Shown piece after piece: positions 37,098 to 44,567 of a stretch of DNA of 64,000 nt (the stretch's first letter is position 1; every line of letters begins with the position of its first letter). The stretch comes from Candidatus Saccharimonadota bacterium. Lineage in GTDB: Bacteria; Patescibacteriota; Saccharimonadia; Saccharimonadales; UBA4665. The notes below the pieces were generated by a model. It did not search any database. It saw only the letters and a list, made by a program, of their open reading frames with translations, and had not been told where the DNA came from. Both the position numbers and the translations under genes were made by a program. The stretch covers positions 23,801-87,800 of the forward strand of contig JAGORO010000003.1 of assembly GCA_018062785.1 (NCBI GenBank), written 5' to 3'.

Positions 37098-37963
37098 GCT
37101 GGCAGGTGGCAATTGTGCTCGTTATCATAGCGAGCTCGGTGCTTCCTCTGTTTACGCGGACGCTTACACTTCGCCATTCACATGCCTTTTTTACCATTGG
37201 CCTTTCGATGTATGCTGCAGTAGCTACCGTTGGCTTTGTGATCAGCTTTCTGGGGCGCGGTGGTATTCCTCCTTTGCCCGTGCCAGAAGCTTGGCCATAC
37301 ATTGTGCTGGAAGGCATATGTATACCGATGGCTTGGCTCATTATGTATAAAATTGTTGGTATGATTGGTGCTAGTAACGCCGCTCTCGCTAATTCGGCGA
37401 ATATAGTACTGTCGGTCATCGCCGGCGTGATAGTTTTGCACGAAGGTGTATCTTGGAAGTTTTTACTCGGCGCAGCTTGTATTATTGTTGCCATGCTGCT
37501 GGCATTGACGATTCGGGCAGACAAAAAACACGCATCAAAAGGCGCGCTTGGGCTAAAGGTGCTGTTGCTGCTTGTTGGCGCAGTCCTCTATGCGATCGGC
37601 ATGCTCACCGAAAAACAGGCAATTTCCATGATTGGTGTTTGGGACTATGCACTGTATGGCTGGACGGCACAGGCGATGGGGGTGGGTGTCATTGTGGGCA
37701 TCTTTGGGTGGAGAGAGTTCAGGAGAACTACACCGAAAGTACTACAGGACGGTTTCATTCTAGGTTTGCTAACGAGCGTAGCTGGAGGTTTGTATATATA
37801 CGCGCTCAGCAAGGGCACCCTAAGTGGTACCATGCTTGCGATTAGCGCTAAGATAGCGCTAACGATGGTCTTGGCGACTATCTTCCTCGGAGAGCGCAAC
37901 AATATAGAGATGAGGTTCCTTGCGTTTGTCTGTACAATCATCGGCCTAGCTTTGGTGCTGTAG
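37094..37963 (+). CDS. EamA/DMT-family transporter
   Basis: 10-TM profile. 4-nt overlap with the NYN gene. Confidence 0.7.
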   Translation: MSWQVAIVLVIIASSVLPLFTRTLTLRHSHAFFTIGLSMYAAVATVGFVISFLGRGGIPPLPVPEAWPYIVLEGICIPMAWLIMYKIVGMIGASNAALANSANIVLSVIAGVIVLHEGVSWKFLLGAACIIVAMLLALTIRADKKHASKGALGLKVLLLLVGAVLYAIGMLTEKQAISMIGVWDYALYGWTAQAMGVGVIVGIFGWREFRRTTPKVLQDGFILGLLTSVAGGLYIYALSKGTLSGTMLAISAKIALTMVLATIFLGERNNIEMRFLAFVCTIIGLALVL

Positions 37964-38011
37964 ACGATACAAGTATCAAGAAAGTAGCGAAAGTAGCTTA
38001 TAATACACAGT

Positions 38012-38638
38012 ATGATCGATCACGTGAGAACATTCATCCGAGCTGTTATGCGGAGGGTTGCTGGGGGGTTGCATGCTGCATCTCGGGGGTACATAACACC
38101 AAACGGTGTAACGTGGTTTGGGTTTTTGATGCATGTGTCGATTGCGTACCTGATAGCGACGGGTCATCCATGGAGAGCAGCTGCTTTTTTGGCGGTATTT
38201 GGGCTGTTCGATACGCTCGACGGCGAGCTAGCACGTTTGCAGGGCAGAGTAAGCGACTTTGGTGGTTTGCTTGATGCGACGACAGATCGGCTCAAGGAAG
38301 TGCTTTTGTACTCGGGTGTAGCCTACTTTTTTGTAACGTATGGCACGCTCGATTGGCGTAAGTATGCTGCCATAGCTGTGGCAGCCTGCGGAGCGTCAAT
38401 TTGCGTAAGCTTCGTGAAATCAAAGGGCGAGACTCTCATTGCAGCGCAAAAGAAAAAGCTTAGCTACTCCGAGCTCAACCACCTTTTTGGAGGCGGTTTA
38501 TTCCCATTCGAGGTGCGTATGGTGGTCTTGCTTGCGGGGCTTATCTTTGGGTATCTGCCACAAGCTGTGACCATTATTGCAGTCGGCGCAACCCTAACGG
38601 TTTTCCAGCGGCTCTACAGAATTTCGAAGGTTGTTTGA
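38012..38638 (+). CDS. CDP-alcohol phosphatidyltransferase
   Basis: Complete signature D-G-x2-A-R-x8-G-x3-D-x3-D in FDTLDGELARLQGRVSDFGGLLDATTDRL. TATAAT lies 7 nt upstream of the ATG. Confidence 0.88.
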   Translation: MIDHVRTFIRAVMRRVAGGLHAASRGYITPNGVTWFGFLMHVSIAYLIATGHPWRAAAFLAVFGLFDTLDGELARLQGRVSDFGGLLDATTDRLKEVLLYSGVAYFFVTYGTLDWRKYAAIAVAACGASICVSFVKSKGETLIAAQKKKLSYSELNHLFGGGLFPFEVRMVVLLAGLIFGYLPQAVTIIAVGATLTVFQRLYRISKVV

Positions 38639-38648
38639 CATTAGTAGC

Positions 38649-39308
38649 ATGTACAAAATTGATTTACACACACATTCATACGGATCATCAGATGGCGCAC
38701 TGACCGCAGAAGACTATCGCGAGGCTCTAGAGTCAGGCAAACTCGATTACATTGCCATTACCGACCACAACTCTATTGACACAGCCAAAGAGATTAAGCT
38801 AAAGCTTGGTAAACTTGGCGATCGAATCATCATTGGCGAGGAAGTATCGACCCTGCAGGGTGATATCATTGGTTTGTTTATGACGAAAAGCGTTGGCGGC
38901 GAGCCATTGTTTATCGAAGACGCAATCGCTGCCATTAGCAAGCAGGGTGGACTGGTCTATATACCGCATCCATTTTCGACGTATCGGAGTAGCGTGGACC
39001 GCATAACGCTCGAGCGGATTATGCCTACGGTAGATATCGTAGAGTTTCATAATGGGCGGTGGTTGATCGAGAGTGGAGATGTCATGATAGGCAAGAAGTA
39101 CCTTCAGGAATCGGGCAAGCCACTAGCCTCGAGTAGCGATTCTCATGGTGTAATTGGTTGGGGCAAAACCTTTTCTGTAATTGCAGAGCCACCTACCAAG
39201 GAAAATCTACTACCTCAGCTCAAGAGGGCAACGTACTCCACAGGAATCGTTGGCCTCGGCGTAATCTACCCTAAGCTTAACCGCATACGAAAGCTACTAG
39301 GCAGATGA
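38649..39308 (+). CDS. PHP-domain metal-dependent phosphoesterase
   Basis: MYKIDLHTHSYGSSDG, IAITDHNS, HPF, SDSHG. The alternative TTG start at 38631 would overlap the previous gene. Confidence 0.8.
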   Translation: MYKIDLHTHSYGSSDGALTAEDYREALESGKLDYIAITDHNSIDTAKEIKLKLGKLGDRIIIGEEVSTLQGDIIGLFMTKSVGGEPLFIEDAIAAISKQGGLVYIPHPFSTYRSSVDRITLERIMPTVDIVEFHNGRWLIESGDVMIGKKYLQESGKPLASSSDSHGVIGWGKTFSVIAEPPTKENLLPQLKRATYSTGIVGLGVIYPKLNRIRKLLGR

Positions 39309-39871
39309 ACGAAATTTTTAAGGAAGTTTTTTTGGCGGCATGGTTCTTCTTGCCGGCCGGTATCGCCAATATGACGCCAATTTTTGCAGCCAAAATACCA
39401 CTGATCCAAAAATTAGATTTTCCGATGGATTTCTTCAAGACCTTCAGGGGAAAAAGAGTGTTCGGCGAGCACAAAACATGGCGCGGTCTTATCACGGGGA
39501 TCATTTTCGGCACACTGACGCTATACCTGCAGGTAGTTGCCGTTGAGCATAGTGCGTGGCTGGCTGGTGTAGCGAGTGCTATTGGGTATGAGTCGTTGCC
39601 TATCCTTGTGCTTGGTCCGTTGTTTGGCCTAGGCGCTTTACTTGGAGATGCCATAGAGAGCTTTTTCAAGCGCCAAATTGGTCGCGCACCTGGAGAAGGG
39701 TGGTTTCCATTTGATCAGACGGACTACATCATTGGTGGCGCTATTGCCACTATGCCGTTCGTACAGCTCACCATGACCCAGTACGGAGTACTGATTGTGC
39801 TCTGGTTGATCATTCACGTTGTATCGAGTGCTATCGGCTATCTTCTTGGGCTCAAGGCTCGTCCAATCTGA
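39305..39871 (+). CDS. carS: CDP-archaeol synthase-like cytidylyltransferase (CarS / DUF46 family)
   Basis: About 5 TM, with FLPAGIANMTP, HKTWRG and GDAIESFFKRQIGRAPGEGWFPFDQTDY, the conserved C-terminal block of the CarS family rather than CdsA. ATGA overlap with the PHP gene. Confidence 0.7.
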   Translation: MNEIFKEVFLAAWFFLPAGIANMTPIFAAKIPLIQKLDFPMDFFKTFRGKRVFGEHKTWRGLITGIIFGTLTLYLQVVAVEHSAWLAGVASAIGYESLPILVLGPLFGLGALLGDAIESFFKRQIGRAPGEGWFPFDQTDYIIGGAIATMPFVQLTMTQYGVLIVLWLIIHVVSSAIGYLLGLKARPI

Positions 39872-39945
39872 GTGACGCTTTTACGGAATACAAAAAACAT
39901 GTTGCATACTTTTACGCCCAGAAAACAATGCACGAAGACATATAC

Positions 39946-39974
39946 TTGACAAAACGTAAGATTTTTGTTACTAT
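39946..39974 (+). promoter_or_regulatory. Sigma-70-type promoter TTGACA-17-TACTAT for the 40009 ORF
   Basis: Hexamers at 39946..39951 and 39969..39974. Confidence 0.65.
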
Positions 39975-40008
39975 GTACTAGTCATAAACAAACAAAAAGT
40001 TTATAACT

Positions 40009-40272
40009 ATGAAAAAACAAAAACAACACAAATTTTTAGGCCTAAAGATAAACGTACATCCTGCAAAGCTACACATTGGTATGTTTGTCGCCTTGGGCAT
40101 GATTCTGCTAACGGCAGGCAAGGGTAGCGCCGAGATGATCCAGACCGCCTATGTAGAGCCAGAGCATCACGAAGCGGGCGAAAGTTCGGAGCTTCGCGAG
40201 TGCGAAGTCCGCCACGATCTTGCAATTTTGTCGTGCTCTCGCTTAGTAACGCACGGTGGCAACGGGGAATAG
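40009..40272 (+). CDS. Hypothetical small protein with N-terminal TM/signal segment
   Basis: ORF behind a near-consensus promoter. MKKQKQHK...IGMFVALGMILLTAG. Confidence 0.45.
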   Translation: MKKQKQHKFLGLKINVHPAKLHIGMFVALGMILLTAGKGSAEMIQTAYVEPEHHEAGESSELRECEVRHDLAILSCSRLVTHGGNGE

Positions 40273-40281
40273 GTAATCGCT

Positions 40282-40488
40282 ATGAGTACGATATTTGCTG
40301 CGGCTATTGACTTGCGTGAATCGATGCACCATTCGGTATCAACGAGTAGGCTATCGATGGGCATGACTCGTTTGATGGTTTTGGCACTGACATATCCGAT
40401 AGGTAACGCCATTATTCAGACGACAGTTCGTGGGTTTATCTTAGGGTCGCTTTTGCTCACGCAAGAGATTCCACACCCACTTATGTAA
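40282..40488 (+). CDS. Hypothetical small hydrophobic protein
   Basis: ORF in the same frame as 40009..40272, separated by TAG plus 3 codons. Coding status uncertain. Confidence 0.35.
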   Translation: MSTIFAAAIDLRESMHHSVSTSRLSMGMTRLMVLALTYPIGNAIIQTTVRGFILGSLLLTQEIPHPLM

Positions 40489-40494
40489 ATAATA

Positions 40495-40523
40495 TTGACA
40501 AAAGTAACAATAAGAGGTATAAT
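40495..40523 (+). promoter_or_regulatory. Consensus promoter TTGACA-17-TATAAT; leaderless start at 40530
   Basis: Hexamers at 40495..40500 and 40518..40523. The ATG begins 6 nt after the -10. Confidence 0.75.
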
Positions 40524-40529
40524 GTAGTC

Positions 40530-40994
40530 ATGAAAAATGCACAAATAGCCAATCCAGAAGTCGCCAAGAAGTACAGTAATGCCGCGCTTGCTATAGATGA
40601 GTATATGCAGCGAAATGGTGAAGCTGGTTTGAGTGAAAAAGGTATGCGAGTTATCACAGGGGCAGGTCGTATCGCGACCGGTGCTGTCGTTGGGCTCGCA
40701 ACAATCGGTGCCCTTAAGATGGGTCTAACGACGCACGAACTTGGCTCGGCAGAAATCACCCCCGAGAGAGGGGAGTCGATCACGCATGTTATTAAACGGG
40801 GTGTCACAGAGGCCGGCGTCAAGGGTGTTGATAAAGGCGCAGTTGCTTCTGAAGCCTCCAATATTGCAAATTATTCACAGGGCTTTATAAACCCCGAAGA
40901 GTCTGTAATGATAACAGTTACTCAAAACGGCTTCCAGAAAATGGTTGGCAGTGAGACTGTCCAAGTATCGAGTCCTGAGCTCGAGCAAAAGTAA
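40530..40994 (+). CDS. Hypothetical protein with central Gly/Ala-rich TM segment
   Basis: ORF directly behind a consensus promoter. RIATGAVVGLATIGALKMGL. Confidence 0.55.
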   Translation: MKNAQIANPEVAKKYSNAALAIDEYMQRNGEAGLSEKGMRVITGAGRIATGAVVGLATIGALKMGLTTHELGSAEITPERGESITHVIKRGVTEAGVKGVDKGAVASEASNIANYSQGFINPEESVMITVTQNGFQKMVGSETVQVSSPELEQK

Positions 40995-41084
40995 GTCTTC
41001 GACAATCACGCTATATCACAAATTTGTGAACATACCATAAGTATGGTAAAATTATACATGATTGTAATGGATTAGGAATTTGAG

Positions 41085-41939
41085 ATGCCCGTGGGCGCTG
41101 AACAAGGATTTGTAATAGAGATGGTGCGTAACTTTGCCGAACGTCACCCTGAGATGGTCGAAAAAAATAAGTCGACTAGTCTTCCGGTCGGACTATTGCG
41201 TGTTGCCGGCGTTGCGCTCGTCGAAATGAGCCAAGGCAGTGCAAAACTGAGTAAACGGCTATGCGAAAAGGGGATAGAAGCTCAGAATAGACCTGCTCCC
41301 GAGTGGAGTGAATTTATTGATGGACGAATCGATGATGATACCACTGATGTGGTGAGTTATGTGCGTGACTTTGGTGCGAAGGCGGCGGGTGCACTGCAGA
41401 GACATGGAAACACGGCATATAAGGCCCTTCAAGAAATGTCGGAAGATGTAGCTGTGGCTGTGATCGAGCGAAGTATGGAGTGGTGGGGCGATGCTGGACG
41501 CAGCCAAGTCGCCACCGGTGCGGTGATTGTTGGGTCGTTGGGCATGGTTGCTGGCGGAGGTGTCGTGCTTATGACGGCTCCAGTTGAGACCAACACCCTT
41601 AAGCCGACGGATCTTTCGATGGCGTGCTCTGACCCCAACAATGTTGGTAGTATTGATGTTTCGCAGAGTCCAAATCTATCGGCAGAAGAGTATGCCGAGA
41701 AGGCCGCACCCTATGTAATAGGGGCAGTGACCCGAAATGGCACAACCGAGCCGGTGTACCCTGATCGATTGAATGGCGAACTTACTCCCGTAGCCGCCAG
41801 CCAACAAGTCGCTAGCATTCTTGAGGTAACAAGGTCTGCAGAGCAAGGTGTGTTTACTACCGAGGGCCTGTGTGTCGTAGAGGGATACTTCCGAGGCGAA
41901 GAGGCGTGGCAGCCAGTTGCTGTCGTTCAGGCCGACTGA
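41085..41939 (+). CDS. Hypothetical protein with central TM segment
   Basis: ORF behind the extended -10 TGgTAAAAT (41044..41052). ATGAVIVGSLGMVAGGGVVLMTA resembles the TM of the preceding ORF. Confidence 0.55.
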   Translation: MPVGAEQGFVIEMVRNFAERHPEMVEKNKSTSLPVGLLRVAGVALVEMSQGSAKLSKRLCEKGIEAQNRPAPEWSEFIDGRIDDDTTDVVSYVRDFGAKAAGALQRHGNTAYKALQEMSEDVAVAVIERSMEWWGDAGRSQVATGAVIVGSLGMVAGGGVVLMTAPVETNTLKPTDLSMACSDPNNVGSIDVSQSPNLSAEEYAEKAAPYVIGAVTRNGTTEPVYPDRLNGELTPVAASQQVASILEVTRSAEQGVFTTEGLCVVEGYFRGEEAWQPVAVVQAD

Positions 41940-42007
41940 TAGTGTCGCGCTAACATCGGGAATCGCTACATGTGGTGTAGTTATTTTTTTACAACAGAAA
42001 ACTGTGG

Positions 42008-42034
42008 AAAAGTGGCGCGATGAGCGCCACTTTT
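42008..42034 (+). terminator. Rho-independent (bidirectional-type) terminator
   Basis: AAAAGTGGCGC-gatga-GCGCCACTTTT. Confidence 0.7.
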
Positions 42035-42052
42035 GCTATAAAACACTTGCAA

Positions 42053-42100
42053 GTGGGTAAGCGTGGGTAGTAGACTGTTGTCAGTGGGTAGCGGTAGGTA
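42053..42100 (+). promoter_or_regulatory. MraZ-box array: GTGGGTA x3 plus GTAGGTA with 10/21/10-nt phasing
   Basis: Boxes at 42053, 42063, 42084 and 42094, about 115-160 nt upstream of mraZ. Confidence 0.6.
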
Positions 42101-42212
42101 GCATGAGTCATACGACTCGCAGCGAAGTGCTACCTGCGAAACGAAAGCAAAAACTTTCAATAAACAAATAAAAATCCTTAAAAATTAATTAACACGAGTA
42201 GGGCCAAAGCAG

Positions 42213-42572
42213 GTGAACGGTACCGATTATTTTCAAAGGAAGCTGGATAATAAACGGCGGTTGACTATACCGACCGAGCTTCGTGCAGACTTTGAATCCG
42301 GCACAGTTGTCACCAGAGGCTTTGGGAAGTACCTACATTTATACCCAAAAGGGGTATGGGATAATCTGGTCGAACCGCGACTCGAGGGAGACATTCTCGA
42401 TGAGCGAACGGCAGATTTAAACGTACAGTTCCGGATGGGTAAAGTGCAGCAGCCACTCGATGCCAAGCAAGGAAGAATTACGCTAGAACAGCATTTGCTG
42501 GACTACGCTGGTATCGATAAAGAAGTGTCGGCAGTACGTGTTGGTAAATATTGGCGGATCATGGCGACCTAA
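42213..42572 (+). CDS. mraZ: Division/cell-wall cluster transcriptional regulator MraZ
   Basis: Two SpoVT/AbrB-like halves with LDNKRRLTIP and LDAKQGRITL (DxxxR motifs). GTG start. Sits at the head of the dcw cluster. Confidence 0.8.
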   Translation: MNGTDYFQRKLDNKRRLTIPTELRADFESGTVVTRGFGKYLHLYPKGVWDNLVEPRLEGDILDERTADLNVQFRMGKVQQPLDAKQGRITLEQHLLDYAGIDKEVSAVRVGKYWRIMAT

Positions 42573-42654
42573 GATTAGTTCGTTTGCGCATTAACAATTT
42601 ATATACAGATACGGTATACAGCAACGATGTTAGAAAAAACATTCGATGCTCCTT

Positions 42655-42930
42655 GTCATTACCTATCCGATAATCAACAAGTGGATTGAAATAGGAAAGA
42701 ACCACTCTAAAAACACTTTTGCACCTTCCATAAAACACCTCCCAAAACTCCACCTCACACATAAGTCTCTCAAACTTACCTGAAGTATTTCGCTCGAAAG
42801 GTGCTTGGTACTCTATATGTCCAAGCACAATACACGGAATGTGCTTTCGGCCAAAGTGATGTACTTTGGGATCACAAAAACAAAAAAATCCAAAAAAAAC
42901 AAAAACGTTGATTATCGGTTAGGTGATTGC
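42655..42930. repeat. Long-range inverted repeat (about 24-nt arms; 17-nt core CCTATCCGATAATCAAC / GTTGATTATCGGTTAGG) enclosing about 230 nt with internal hairpins
   Basis: Core arms at 42662..42678 and 42907..42923 (1 mismatch). Internal perfect hairpins at 42801..42828 and 42851..42869. Confidence 0.55.
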
Positions 42931-42974
42931 AAAAACATAACTAAGGGTAGTGTATAGAAAAAGCGTAAGCGATA

Positions 42975-42983
42975 TGCTATACT
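42975..42983 (+). promoter_or_regulatory. Extended -10 (TGcTATACT) internal promoter for rsmH
   Basis: Read directly. It is followed by a 45-nt A/C-rich SD-less leader up to the ATG at 43035. Confidence 0.5.
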
Positions 42984-43034
42984 CTAGCCATTGGTTAAAA
43001 ACAAAAAACCAACACCAAAACAAAAATAAAAAAC

Positions 43035-43937
43035 ATGATGATGCACGCGACATACGATGTCCATACTCCTGTACTCCTTGGCGAAGTCTTGGAGTCTTTG
43101 GCGCCTAAAAAAGGCGAATCGTACCTAGACCTTACGGCTGGGTATGGTGGGCATGCGCAAGCAATTTTGGAATACACACAATCGGCTACGAGCATGACGC
43201 TCGTCGATCGCGACCAGTCATCGCAAAATTTCCTAGCGAAATTTGCGGAGCAGGGGGCTCAACTTGTCCATCGAGATTTCTTGGGTGCGAGCAAACAGCT
43301 GGCAGATGAAGAGAATACGTACGACATGATACTCGCAGACCTTGGTGTCTCATCATTGCATCTTAATGAAGCAGTTCGAGGATTTTCCTTTGGCAAAGAT
43401 GGTCCGCTCGATATGCGTATGGATCAGCGAGCTGAACTAATGGCTGCAGACGTGGTAAATACGTACTCACTTGATGCGCTAACGCGGATTATTCGAGAGT
43501 ATGGAGAAGAGCCTCGGGCTAGACGCGTCGCCGAGCGTATTATAGAGTCTCGACCACTTGAGACAACGGGTCAACTCGCCGATGTGGTGGCGAGCGCGTT
43601 ACCAAAAGGTAGCAAAAAACATCCAGCGACAAAGACGTTTCAGGCGCTAAGAATTGCAGTCAACGATGAATTAACGCAGGTGGCAGAAAGTCTGCCTCTT
43701 TGGCTCACCATGTTGAAGCCAGGAGGTAGACTAGCGGTCATTAGCTTCCATAGCTTGGAAGACAGAATCGTTAAGCACGCCTTTGCTGCTGTTAGTGGCG
43801 AACGGTACGATGCAGACTTCCACGCTATAACCAAGCATCCAGTCGTGGCCTCCGATGATGAAATAGTTTCCAATCCGCGATCACGTAGTGCAAAATTACG
43901 TGGCGTAGCAAAAATAAACACAAAAGAAAGGGGATAG
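43035..43937 (+). CDS. rsmH: 16S rRNA (cytosine1402-N4)-methyltransferase
   Basis: HTPVLLGEVLE, DLTAGYGGH, DLGVSSLHL, RGFSF, ISFHSLEDRIVK. Confidence 0.93.
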   Translation: MMMHATYDVHTPVLLGEVLESLAPKKGESYLDLTAGYGGHAQAILEYTQSATSMTLVDRDQSSQNFLAKFAEQGAQLVHRDFLGASKQLADEENTYDMILADLGVSSLHLNEAVRGFSFGKDGPLDMRMDQRAELMAADVVNTYSLDALTRIIREYGEEPRARRVAERIIESRPLETTGQLADVVASALPKGSKKHPATKTFQALRIAVNDELTQVAESLPLWLTMLKPGGRLAVISFHSLEDRIVKHAFAAVSGERYDADFHAITKHPVVASDDEIVSNPRSRSAKLRGVAKINTKERG

Positions 43938-44133
43938 CACTATGCCAATCCGCGTAAAAAGCAATTCCCGTGCGTACAAAGTCAAAGTACGTGTGCGCTA
44001 AATAAGCCGAGTCTGGTTGGCGGGGCAAAAAGCTCCGTCAGCCAAACCAAAGTAAACTCAAAATAAAATTTAACTGCGAAGCCCCTTCGTGCTGCACTAC
44101 TAGTGTCCAAAGGGAAGTAAAAAACAAAAATAT

Positions 44134-44481
44134 ATGACATATTCATCAACAATGACGCTCGGTCGGCAACATATTGCCGCTAGGCGCAATCAAAATTCGG
44201 TGTCGTTTCGGCCGCGTGACACGCGCCTCGGGCCAGTCAGTAATACGATTATCCTTATCGTGCTGGGTTGTATGCTTGGGTTGCTGTACCTGACGCAGGT
44301 AACGAAGACCAACGCCTACGGGTACGCAATTAACAGCCTCGAAGAGCAAAAGACATCTCTACGAACTGAACAAAACGACCTTCAGGTAACGTCGGCACGA
44401 TTGCAGTCGATTGAACGCGTACAAAATAGCGCTCAAGCCAAATCTATGGTGGCCGCTGCGCCGGCCGACATCGTACAATAA
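44134..44481 (+). CDS. ftsL: FtsL-like bitopic division protein
   Basis: Position between rsmH and ftsI. Single TM (IILIVLGCMLGLLYLTQV) followed by a short coiled coil. Confidence 0.6.
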   Translation: MTYSSTMTLGRQHIAARRNQNSVSFRPRDTRLGPVSNTIILIVLGCMLGLLYLTQVTKTNAYGYAINSLEEQKTSLRTEQNDLQVTSARLQSIERVQNSAQAKSMVAAAPADIVQ

Positions 44482-44567
44482 CCAGTTCTTGCCGAGTACC
44501 GCTCCGCAAGGGCTAGTTTTTGTGTAACCGTACCAGCGTGCTTGTACGGTATACTATGCTTATACTT

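Noticed and set aside
42559-42828. 89-aa minus-strand ORF in the mraZ-rsmH spacer.
   Set aside because: It overlaps the mraZ 3' end in antisense, has no promoter or SD and no motif, and the region looks like structured or repeat DNA instead.
43942-44001. 19-codon highly basic micro-ORF (MPIRVKSNSRAYKVKVRVR) starting 4 nt after the rsmH stop.
   Set aside because: It is too short to distinguish from chance, resembles no known small ribosomal protein, and has no SD. It would need Ribo-seq or conservation data.
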